A DNA stretch of 64,000 nt, taken from Cirrosporium novae-zelandiae. Lineage: Eukaryota. The notes beneath the pieces are model-generated. The model had not been told where the DNA came from, made no database searches, and was given only the letters and a program-made list of their open reading frames with translations. Shown here piece after piece: positions 1-10,583 of this stretch (its first letter is position 1; every line of letters begins with the position of its first letter). A program made the translations under genes and the position numbers. The stretch covers positions 310,001 through 374,000 of the forward strand of contig JAPETS010000017.1 of NCBI GenBank assembly GCA_026023565.1. Direction: 5' to 3'.

Positions 1-1494
1 AAGACTGTTATGAGATTTTGCATTTGCAAATTGCTCAGGCCAGACGCCAGAATATCTCGAATTGAGGTCCAAGATCTCACCTAATGGCCTGACAAGGACA
101 TCCAAGGCCTCTTCTCCCGTGGGCCATTTGGTAGCTGTTAGACGAATCAATTCCATTCCATAGGTTGTATAGCCCATTTCACAATCGAAACAAAGTGCTT
201 GATCAGCAGACTTGTTCGTTGCCTCCGGAGTTCTCTCAAATTGAAGAATAGATGCAAGCCTTTTGGCTTCCGAGACTTTAAAAACGTGCGTCTCTGATGT
301 AGTACAGCCGAGAGACTGGCCTACAGATTCATTGCAACATGGATAGTATGCTTCACGTTGCTCTGAGCTTTTATCCATTTTCTTTTTTTGAGGTCGGATA
401 GGCCTCGCACAGTGATACGTGCATTTTCCACCCGAGGTTAAAGCACCATCTTCTCTCCTACCAGGAAATACCTGGAATCGAGTTTTGCAACGATCGCATT
501 CTTCGAAACCCAGTGACGACTCAACGCCCTTTGATGCCGAGGCAATTTCTGTATTGGTAGGTGGTGAGTTCACATATCCATGGCTCTCAAGACTGCGAAG
601 AGACGTGAGCAGCTTTGGCAATAGCCAAAGTTCTTCATCAACGCTCAAACCAGTTACTACCTGGCTATCTGTCTGCTTTTTAGGGTTGACATCTTTTGGC
701 GGGAGTTTTTGGGCAAGTATCTCCTGAAGGGACTTTTTCCATTCGTTGACTTTCATCTTCATCAGAGCAACAATGCGCAACTTCACGACATTGCCATAAA
801 TAGATGGATTTTCAACCGCAGCCTTCTCCTCTTCATCTAAAGCCATTACAATGAGGTCTTCTTTGGAAAGAATCAATCCCATTTCGTCAGGACTATGGGA
901 TTTTACGACCTCATCGTTTAGACGCGTCATTTGTTGGTGAAGTTTTGTTAATATAGATATACGAATGGTATGGGATGCAGGAGGTCTTGGAAGCAACCGC
1001 GGGTTCAGTGACTCCTTCTTAGTGTGGAGAGTTTTACTGCTTGTTAATTTAGCTGATAGTTGAGATGCTGACTCTGAAATTGGTTTCTTTGAAGCTTGAG
1101 TTGCTTTTTCCCGGTCTGGTTGTGTTTGGAGGGGAGGTGGCGATATCTCTCTCTTCGATTGAGATGTTGTGCTTCCATTTTTGTTAATTGGTCTTGGAGG
1201 GAGAGATGCCCTTTTAATCGTTAATGTGTTTGGCTTTGACACTGCTGTACTGCACTGCTGTTCATGTTCTCCGGCGGATCTTGAAAGGCGGGCATCCTCC
1301 AATCGTGGCTTCTTGCGCGCCGGTTGTCCATCAAATTGGCTAGAACCATTTGAGATATCTTCTGCTGTTGATAATGGATTTTTACCCAACACGACTGGGG
1401 GGTCAATAATATGAGAGAATATGCAGTTAATAAGGTGACACTGCTCCTGCTCTGGGCATCGAACCTCCTTGAACAAAGAGGTTGGACTGAACAT
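1..1494 (-). CDS. REX3: RNA exonuclease 3 (DEDDh family), truncated by the window edge
   Basis: Manual translation from ATG 1494: MFSPTSLFKEVRCPEQEQCHLINCIFSH...ECDRCKTRFQVFPGRREDGALTSGGKCTYH...YYPCCNESVG...LCFDCEMGYTTYGMELIRLTA...ILDLNSRYSGV. Contains the ExoI DxE motif. Missing from the ORF track because it has no stop inside the window. Confidence 0.9.
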   Translation of the reverse strand, partial: MFSPTSLFKEVRCPEQEQCHLINCIFSHIIDPPVVLGKNPLSTAEDISNGSSQFDGQPARKKPRLEDARLSRSAGEHEQQCSTAVSKPNTLTIKRASLPPRPINKNGSTTSQSKREISPPPLQTQPDREKATQASKKPISESASQLSAKLTSSKTLHTKKESLNPRLLPRPPASHTIRISILTKLHQQMTRLNDEVVKSHSPDEMGLILSKEDLIVMALDEEEKAAVENPSIYGNVVKLRIVALMKMKVNEWKKSLQEILAQKLPPKDVNPKKQTDSQVVTGLSVDEELWLLPKLLTSLRSLESHGYVNSPPTNTEIASASKGVESSLGFEECDRCKTRFQVFPGRREDGALTSGGKCTYHCARPIRPQKKKMDKSSEQREAYYPCCNESVGQSLGCTTSETHVFKVSEAKRLASILQFERTPEATNKSADQALCFDCEMGYTTYGMELIRLTATKWPTGEEALDVLVRPLGEILDLNSRYSGVWPEQFANAKSHNSL

Positions 1495-2187
1495 CCTGGA
1501 TTGTGAGCCGCAGCCAACCAAAGTGGGTGTTGGCGTTGTTATCAGGCTTGGTAGTCGGGGTTCAAATTGTAAATAGAAGTGAGTGGGTCTAATGCCTTGA
1601 ATAGGAGAATTAAGATAGTCAGAGTAAGGCTATCTTCACCTCATTATTTCACCGTTCAATGATACGCACGGGCTCATCCCAAGACAAAATAAATGATATC
1701 TATGGCAAGGAATGCTTCTAGTGAATCGGATTTTTAGAAAAGCATTACCTCCTTCCCCTTCTCCCCAGCTCGCTCTTGTACCACGCAACACCAACTTCTC
1801 TCAGCAAGACTTGGACTGAGACCTGGCTGAGACAGACCTCGAGCAGATTGGACCCTAAAATGTAAGTCAACATTTCTTTTCCCAAGCTAGATAACCGGAG
1901 TCCTACAAATTCAAGCCTGTTGATATCAAGTATTAGCATCGAACCTCGACGAAAGTAGTATCGTCGTTTTGGCAGTGAAGCAGTGATTTCTCCGTTGTTG
2001 AGCTACTCGCGTACGAAGTAGATTACTTTACGTTTAAAGGAGATCTGCATTTGAAGGTCGGCAGTAGATCGGCCTTTCTTTGGCTGCCCCCGATCTAAGC
2101 CTAATTTATTGACATTACGTGCTGGCAATGTCAGCATTGCTCCCCTTCGACCTCGCAAGCATCAACACCACTGCATTCTCCCATGCT

Positions 2188-3788
2188 ATGGAGTCCGATA
2201 TCCCTTTATTGAGCGGAAAACAAAGCGGGAAAAACGCTAAGCATCTCTGTGTCCTAGTCCATGGGTAGGAACCCCTTCCAAGTCCTTCTAACTAAGGCCG
2301 CCGGAATAATAGCCTTGAGACCGCAACGTCACTTTGCTTGGAGGCCTCCCGAACACATTTGGTTAATGGCGAGATGTGGATGGCTACACTACAACACTGT
2401 AATATGATACATCTCTGTCACGGTCTCAGTTACTCTAGCCTCAGGTTCAAATTACTTTTTCGAATATCGCTAACGTTTCTTTGCACAGCCTCTGGGGGAA
2501 TCCCTCGCATCTCGATTACCTGAAATTTGCCCTCCGCGAGAAATATGACGAGGAACAGCTTGCTATACTTGTACCTAAAAGCAACTGTGGGAGCTTAACA
2601 TATGATGGTATTCAAGTATGCGGCGAGCGTGTTGCTCGGGAAATTGAAGACACTTTAGAGCAACTGGTTCAGAATGGCTGCCAGATAAGGAAATTAAGTA
2701 TAGTTGGTTATTCTCTTGGGGGTTTGATGGCGCGTTATGCCATCGGCTTGCTCTACTTTAAAGGCTGGTTTGATAAAATAGAGGCTGCCAATTTCACTAC
2801 TTTCGCTACTCCCCACGTAGGAGTGCGGACACCACTGAGAGGCTATCACCTATGGAATGTTTTGGGAGCAAGGGCGTTGTCTCTGTCGGGTCGTCAGCTT
2901 TTCATGATTGACTCTTTCAAAACTACCCGTCGTCCCTTATTAAGCGTTCTTGCCGACCCTGGAAGCATATTTATGCATGCTCTTTTTAAGTTTGAGAATC
3001 GATGTCTCTATGCGAATATAGTCAACGACAAGGCGGCTGTGTACTACACTACCTGTATCTCCAAGATTGATCCTTTTGCCGACTTGGACATGGTTGAGGT
3101 GAACTACGCAGGAGGCTACAGCCCTGTTGTCTTGGATTGTAAAGACCCCTTCAAACCAAATGCTGTCGCCCATTCACCTTCAACTACGGTCTTCTTGCCG
3201 ATGCTGGTAAAATCTAGACAAGCCTTTGGCAGATACCTATCTTTGCTCCTTATAGTGATGCTCTCACCAATTCTGGTAGTGTTTCTCTTGGCCAAATCAA
3301 TTGTATTGTCGGTTCGTAGCAGCAAACGTATTCAACTGCATGAGGCTCAGAGAGATACATCCATATTCGGCACCTACCGCATACCTGGTTTGATGGAAGG
3401 TGTTCAAAATGCCATTGAAGATGCTATCGAGAATATCAATGCTACCCAAAGCCTCGCGTATATCCCCACGGCTGTGGATGAGAAAACACAAGCTTCTGTT
3501 GAAACGGAAGATATTGATAGCGAAGCTGATAACTTCCATGAAGATGAAACTAAAGCACCACTGCTACACCAAAAGACCAAATTGGATTTCCCTACTCTGG
3601 CATTGACCAACGCCCAGTTCAAGATCATAGAGGCCTTGAATGATGTCGGATTCCACAAGCATCCAGTCTTCATTCACAATACTAGACATAGTCATGGTGC
3701 CATTATCAATCGCATCCCCCGGAAAGCTCAATACCACGAAGGCAAGATTGTTATTAAGCATTGGCTCGATCAAGGGTTTAAGATCTAG
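2188..3788 (+). CDS. DUF676 putative lipase/serine esterase (alpha/beta hydrolase, ROG1-like)
   Basis: Exon 1 2188-2264 (MESDIP...HLCVLVHG), intron 2265-2488, exon 2 LWGNP...SIVGYSLGG (GxSxG nucleophile elbow), FATPHVG, and one hydrophobic segment. Confidence 0.88.
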
Positions 3789-4137
3789 CTATATGCTCGC
3801 AAGCTAAGCTAGATCGAAACATCTTATCCTCGAGGTCGTTCTTCGTCTGCCATGAGCAAATGTGGGTAATCTCTCGGAATTTCATTACAGTTTGGAGATG
3901 TTAGCGAAGGTGTTTAAGGAGCGATTTAGACGGTTTCTTTCTATATCAGGATTCGGGTCATTTTACTATTAGACAGTGTCTTGGAGCATATCATTTCGGA
4001 GGAGTCCTGGGGCTTCACACGTAGCTTATAGAACTCCCATAGAAAGAGGATTTAACTTTTTTTTTAATACATGCTATGCTACACGATGCAAAATGCGGAG
4101 TTATTACTGCCTAGTCCTTGGGTTATAATACCTCCCT

Positions 4138-5040
4138 CTAAGATCTTAACCCTAAAAGCATGCTCGCACCCTTACCATTACCGTCACCACCTCCCGGTAG
4201 ATAGGTGACATTTGGATTGTGCGCGAGAGTTTGCGCAATCTCTCTGCTCGCCTCAATTTTTCTGATCTGGATTAAACCATCTCCCGCCTTTGCCACCGCC
4301 TTGCTAATGATTTCTGCACTGTCAGCTTCACCCTCAGCTCGTATGACATTGGCTTGTCGTTCTTGTTCTGCCTTTTCGACCACGAATCTTGCCCGTTCAG
4401 CGTCCTGTTGCGCAATCTGCTTTTGTTCTACTGCCCTCGTGAACTCCCTACCAAAGGTCATATGAGTAATGGAGACATCTTCGAGGGCGATATTGAACTC
4501 AGAAGCTCGGTGGAGAAGCTCAGCGCGGATGCGTTGTGACACCGCTTCTCGCTGGGTAATAAGTTCAGCAGCATCGAATTGGGCAACAATAGCTTTGAGG
4601 ACTTCATTGCCGATAGATGGAAGCACACGTTCATCATAGTCTTGGCCGAGAGACTGTTTTATTGACATTTAGCGTGCTGAAAAAGTTGGTAGTTTTAACC
4701 AATTAATCCTTACCTGGTAGATTTTTGGAAGATTTTTGACATCCGGCCGATGAAGCACCCTCAACGTTAAGCTGACCATCTGTAAATCTTTGCTACCTGT
4801 TGTGGTGGATATATTCCTTGGCTTGGTTCGCACATCGTAGAGAATGGCCTTTTGAACCCATGGAACCAAGAAATGGGTTCCTTCGTGTACCACAGTATTT
4901 CTAACACCACTGAATCTGTCGAATATAACCGCCCGAGTGCCTCCGGGAACATCGTAGAGAGAAGCATCGACTAGAGAACCAGCAAGGAAAAGAGGAACGC
5001 CTGCCCTGATTATAAGCGGAAGGCGACCAGAGGCAGCCAT
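4138..5040 (-). CDS. PHB1: Prohibitin 1 (SPFH/band-7 domain)
   Basis: Exons 5040-4714 and 4653-4138. Motifs [67 protein letters not shown]. Confidence 0.96.
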
Positions 5041-5410
5041 GTCGGAGCAAGCGGAAACTATGTAAGCAGGAGATAAATGGGAGTTGAGTAGCGAGGCCTT
5101 TACCACAGCACTACTGATGGTAGATGTATGTTGGGAGAAAAAAAGAGCTGAGAAGGCTTGGTGCGGATATTATCCTCTGGACTTTGTATAATTTTGAGTT
5201 GATGATGCTTGATGTAATTAATTGGCCTTACCGAAGCTGGAAGTCGCTTAAAAGAGACTAGTGCGACCTTTTCATTTCAACCCGCAGCGTTTCGGTCTTT
5301 CGGATGAGAGAGGACTGCTCCAGTTCACATTGTCTTGAAAGCATCTCTAACCTCTACACTGCAAATTATCATATCTCCACTCAATCGAAATCTACATCGA
5401 AATTGCAAAT

Positions 5411-6056
5411 ATGGGGGGCCACGGACCCGATACCAAGCATGGAGTGTAAGTGTGTGTGTTTTTAATTGCACCAATCATTATGCAAATATTTCCAACCGTG
5501 TTTAAATTTGATATGACTTTCCATCTCTGCATTGCTTCTTTGCCCTTTTCGGATATCATGGAACTACAGATTTGCTTACTAGTTGTCCTGGTTAGGTACA
5601 TTGGAGGCTGGGGCAACTTCGGTATGATAACCTTGATATACTCAACTCCGTGATTTCCCTAAACAGCTACGTTCTCTCGTCGCAGTTACTATCTACTTGA
5701 TAGACGTTCTTGTAGCAAGAAGCATTGACACTGATATTGCGTCTTTGCAGGCTCCCAGCCACAAAAGGGTATAACATCGTATGTTATGTCCGCTAACCGA
5801 CAACGACCTCTTGCCGGTACACTTCACGCTGCAATTTTCAATACGTGGAGGAGGTTTGGGGGTCAAGCGCTCTATGTAATCCCCCCCTTTGTTGCGGCCT
5901 ATGGTATTATGCAATGGGCTATCGAGAGGTATGGTATAATCTTTAAAATACTGGGATTACATGGTAATGTCCGTTTGCTAAAATCCTATGATTCTGAATA
6001 GAAACGAATTCCTGAACTCGAAACCCGGTCGTATGTCTCAAGAAGGAGCCGAATAG
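5411..6056 (+). CDS. QCR8: Cytochrome bc1 complex subunit 8
   Basis: Four exons: MGGHGPDTKHGV / YIGGWGNFG / SQPQKGITSYVMSANRQRPLAGTLHAAIFNTWRRF...QWAIER / NEFLNSKPGRMSQEGAE*. All introns are GT-AG. Confidence 0.93.
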
Positions 6057-6572
6057 AAGCATCTCGCTTTGTTGCATTCTGCTTAAGACATTTGATATCC
6101 TTGGCTGGCTAGCTGACTACGAATTGTCTTTGTTCATTGCGTGTCTAGTTTCCTTGCACGTCTTTGAATCAAACCCGTAGATAATGCTATTTTATAATTA
6201 AGTTGTACATTTAAATGTTCTTCAACCATTTGTCCAAGAAGAGTAGATATATGCTTATTATTTGCGTATATTATGGGTATGTTTGTATGCCATAATCCAT
6301 ACGATGTGAATTCGAGAATTCTCCACCATGAAATCATTAGCTACATGTATAGCGAGGGCGTTAGAAGCAGGTTATAGAGAGGCAAAGGACTTCACTTGTA
6401 ATCATACAACCGATGTTCGTGAGACTAGAAATCTAATTATCCTATTTCGGTTAGAGCTATGCACAGGGCAGCTCCTTCGAATTTTTGTTTTGCAACCTTC
6501 AAAGCGCAAAATTATTAAACCACACAGCAAATTCCTACACCAACTCGATAGTACCACCAATTAGCCGCTCCA

Positions 6573-7329
6573 ATGGCTAAAGACAAGAGCGAAAAGCGGG
6601 AGAAGAAGGAGAAGAAGGAGAAGCGATCAGAAAAAGATGGAGTCCACAAACATCACAAGAAAGAGAAGGAGAGCAGCAAGCTTACCGAAAATCCGGAGCT
6701 TACCACAAAGCTTTTAAATAATCTTGAAACAGAAAAGCCTAACTCCGTGGTTCTAAAGGTGGACGAAAAAGCTGTTGTAGTGAAGGTTGGCCGACCCGTG
6801 GGAGCTCTAGTCCCATTTGCAAATCCTTTGGCGGACGAGAAAGTGGGTAAGAAGGTATTGAAAAGTGTTAAAAAAGGTAGGCTAACAATGTCCCTAACAT
6901 TAATGCAATCGATTAATGGTGAGAGCCAATACTGATAATATATACACAGCTGTTAAACACAAAGCCCTCAAACGTGGAGTTAAAGAAGTTGTCAAATCCC
7001 TCCGAAAATCACCTTTAGCTACTGCTGTCGGTTCTACACCGCACGGAGTTGTCATTCTTGCCGCAGATATTTCGCCCATAGATGTCATATCGCATATTCC
7101 AGTCCTTTGCGAAGACCATGGGGTTCCATACATCTATATCACATCGAGAGCGGAATTGGGTGCTGCTAGCAGTACGAAGAGACCTACAAGTGTTGTCATG
7201 GTTACCCCAGACAAGACTAGCAAGAAGAAGCCAGGTGAAGACAAAATCGACGAAGAAGATGATTTTGGGGAGGTCTATCACAGTTTGGTTAAGGTGGTGG
7301 AGAAGGAGAGTCGGAATGTCAAAATATAG
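6573..7329 (+). CDS. NHP2: H/ACA snoRNP subunit Nhp2 (L7Ae family) with K/E-rich N-terminus
   Basis: LVPFANPLADEK...KK / AVKHKALKRGVKEVVKSLRK...VILAADISPIDVISHIPVLCEDHGVPYIY...AELGAASSTKRPTSVVMV. One intron at ~6877-6949. Confidence 0.93.
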
Positions 7330-8278
7330 GCTCTTGCATTCGCAAAGGAGTACGGCGTCTGGGGGATATGGCAAAAGCAAGGCAATGGCTTTATTAAAGA
7401 GACCTAGAATGTCGCAAGTGCCTCATGATCCAGTCTTGAAGTCAAGTTGCTATCTTTTCGGTATATATTCTCATGGTTGTTCTACGCAGTCTGTCAACTT
7501 CAAAGGTTCAGGGTACTTCAGTCATGTATCATAAGACACAACAAAGCGTCACAAGCTAAAATGTCAAGTTTACAGAATATCACCGAGTCTTAAAAAACAT
7601 AATTTGAAGGAATACTGTTAGGCTTTATCCCACTCATTCCATGTGGTGAAAATAAAACAGGACTCGTCCATGAACAATAAGATTGGACTGCGGCCAGCTT
7701 CAAACCTCGTGTCTCTTCTTTTACAAATTCCAGTTAGTCACTCACTTCCGGTCCGTTTTATCGAATAAGCAGGAACTTAGATATATCGGGTTTTGATATC
7801 GAATCAGAGTATTATGATAAGAAGACTGTCTAAAGGGAAAAAGTGTATATGCTTTCTCTAGAGTATATATTTGCTAGATTGTAATATAAATATTCCTGAG
7901 ATGATGTCCAGCTTTTTTTTATATGGTTTCTTGTGGGCAATATGTGGAGCATGATTGCATTATTATACTTCACATCTACCTAGCTCATCTAATAACACCA
8001 TCGGAATGAGGCAGAGGTTCTTAATTGAAGATGCAGCTCCAATCCCTGTACCGATTTTTGTGGGTATTGATTGGTACCTGTGGCAAATTACTTGACGTTA
8101 TGCTTATGGAATTGCTCCCGCCTCTGTTCATAAACCCCCCCCTCTCCACTTGACATTCTTCATTCTCAATATATTTCACTACTTGCGTATAAATCTAATC
8201 TACTGACTATTATACTGTGTATTATCTCCAACCTCAATCACCTCTTCTATCAACACATATCAAGATCATACTTTCAAC

Positions 8279-8728
8279 ATGGCTGGAACAGAAGAGACAT
8301 ACCATTACACCAAGGAAGATCTTCGCAAGCTTGAATCCCGGGAGGCAAAATTGCACGATGGAAACCTTCTTAAGGACTCCGAGGTTTCTCAGCTCAAGGC
8401 AAGCTTTCTCAAGCCATATCAGGCTTCCGTGGCAAATAGTTGACCATAAATATAGTCCATTGTTGACTCTAAGAAGGATGACAATGCTGTTGCTGAACGA
8501 CAAGCAAATCTTCCTCTTCCAGAGCAACCACCGGTCGCCTCGGACTGGAACTCTGCGGATCAACGAACTGTGAACGTTGGCTCTGGTGGTATTGAGGGCG
8601 ACGTCAGCTACGGGAAGGGAAGCAGCGGTGGACTAAGAGGGCCAGCTACTGCTGACAGTAGCGTGCGAACTGATGGGGAGGAGTGGAAAACTAATACTGC
8701 TCCTGATTCCAAAGTTGGTCGGCAGTAA
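8279..8728 (+). CDS. Small hydrophilic LEA/SMP-like fungal protein (~130 aa)
   Basis: Exon 1 8279-8398 MAGTEETYHYTKEDLRKLESREAKLHDG...SQLK. GC-AG intron 8399-8455. Exon 2 SIVDSKK...ANLPLPEQPPVASDWNSADQRTVNVGSGG...VGRQ*. Not in the ORF track; family assignment is from composition and recalled motif. Confidence 0.75.
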
Positions 8729-9353
8729 TGGATTGGTTTCGTTGAGCTACTGCAGACTTCAAAACTGGATTCTAGAGCACTCGAGGCGGGGTTTGGCTAT
8801 TGAAGTAGGTTTTAGTTCTCAATGAACATTCAAGAGATAGCCAGCCGCAAAATGATCTTAGCATTTAACATGATGAAAATAATTGGTTCGGCGATGATGT
8901 TCATTGTAATCATTGTATAAGGATTATAGAGTAACAAGCTATAACCTGGACTTAAGTGGTTCTGTTGTAAAATCAGGATTAAATCTGAGGGTTGATACTT
9001 GGTAAAGACTGAAACATCATTTCTATGATCACCTGCTCGTCGTTGCATCGTTTAAGTACTTGGCCCACGCAATGAACGTTTCTCGATGAAGAATCGAATG
9101 ACGGAAACAGATCGAATCATCCTGCAAGATGCACGGTAAAAAGATTTCAGAACATAGCCGTATTGTAGAAATATTGATGACGTCACTGAGACGTAAAGTA
9201 GACCAATATAGGGTCAACCCGTATAAAGTACAACAATGTAGTCATTCCCTATTACCATATCTCGATTCAAAAGCATAAATCAATTTGCCTGTATATTACT
9301 TGATTTGGTTTTAAAAAATGCAATCAAACCTGAAAGAAGAACAATTTCACAAG

Positions 9354-10119
9354 ATGGACATGCAAGGAACTCCTATTGGCACAACTGGTACGGGGATGAA
9401 AGTAGGACCTTCCTGTTAATAGCCCCGAATCGTTCGGCCCAAGTTGGCATAGAACAGTAGAGCTGACAAGGACTTTCAAGAACACGTCTGATCCTTCACG
9501 CTACGATAACCCGATCCGCGAGAGTGCTGGGCCAGTTGCTGCCGACTCTCTTGCTGCCGAGAGCACCAAATCTGGAGGAGGTTTTGCTCAGAACCGTAAC
9601 GCTCAGCCTCTTGGCGTATCAGGATCTTCCTCTACTTTCAACGACATAGACACCTCTAGCGCTACTAAGCTTGAGGTAGCCCCAGATGCTGAAGCTCGGG
9701 AGAGCACAGAAGCATGGAAGGAAGAAACTAAAGGTGTCGCAGGGACGAAGTATCCCGAGGGGTTGGGTGGCCAAGGCGACTTCCCAGGCCAACACTCTGC
9801 AGCTAGATATGCTGGTAGGTCGACCAGTTCGAAGCAATCCCGCTCAGAAGGCACCGCACCAGGGTACATCTCTTCACAATTTATTGCCGATGCGAAACCA
9901 AAAGGGAAAAATCTTCAAGAGGGCGGGTTTGACAGCAATGCACAGAATGCAAGCTTCGGGAGCGACATTGGGACGAAGAATGACCCAGGCCGAGTGGCAG
10001 AATCGAAGTTTCAGCGGGACAATATGCAGTCAGGATATGATGCAGCTGGTGGACCAAGACAGAAAGGGGTTAGCGGTGACAGTCAGTATGATATTCTCAA
10101 GGAAGAACAGCAACTATAG
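9354..10119 (+). CDS. Gly/Ser/acidic hydrophilin-like conserved fungal hypothetical protein
   Basis: Exon 1 MDMQGTPIGTTGTGMK, intron 9401-9480 (GTAGGA..GCTGAC..CAAG), exon 2 NTSDPSRY...GPVAADSLAAES...KPKGKNLQEGGFD...DIGTKNDPGRVAE. An in-frame upstream ATG at 9318 is possible. Confidence 0.78.
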
Positions 10120-10583
10120 GACGTTTAAATGGGAGAAGAACGATCAGGATGATTCAAAATGAAACTTGGAATGAATGGTTGATAATTTCTTAGCATAATG
10201 GCTCAAGTGCCCCTATCAGCTATTTTAGGAAGTAATACAAAAGTTTGTACATTAGTTCACCGAGCCAGAGTGACATGATCAAGTAGTATATAAATCAATA
10301 ATCTTGTATATTGTAGAATGTAATGAAGTGGCTGGGCAGAATATTTGGTGTCTAATACATAGTATGGTACACTCAATGATGTGATGGTGTTCGTGAGAAA
10401 ACGCCAGTGGAGAATTGCCCCACTGTGTGGCCAAGAATATGTTAGGAGGGGCTTTCGGGTCGAAATTCTTCCTACTCAAACTAAGCCATCAACCGCATCA
10501 GAATTAAGTCTAACGAATAACAAACATATGAAGGAGGCGTCATTTGCATAGATTGCAGAACAAGAGAAAGAATCGCCTAGAGG

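Noticed and set aside
2314..2323. CTTGAGACCG shared between the DUF676 intron and the 5S rRNA (45000-45009)
   Set aside because: Only 10 nt with no further similarity; compatible with chance.
3786..3812. TAG-CTA stop context after the DUF676 gene as a readthrough to a cryptic PTS1
   Set aside because: The extension reads LYARKLS*, which does not end in an SKL-like tripeptide, and the known motif is TGA-CTA.
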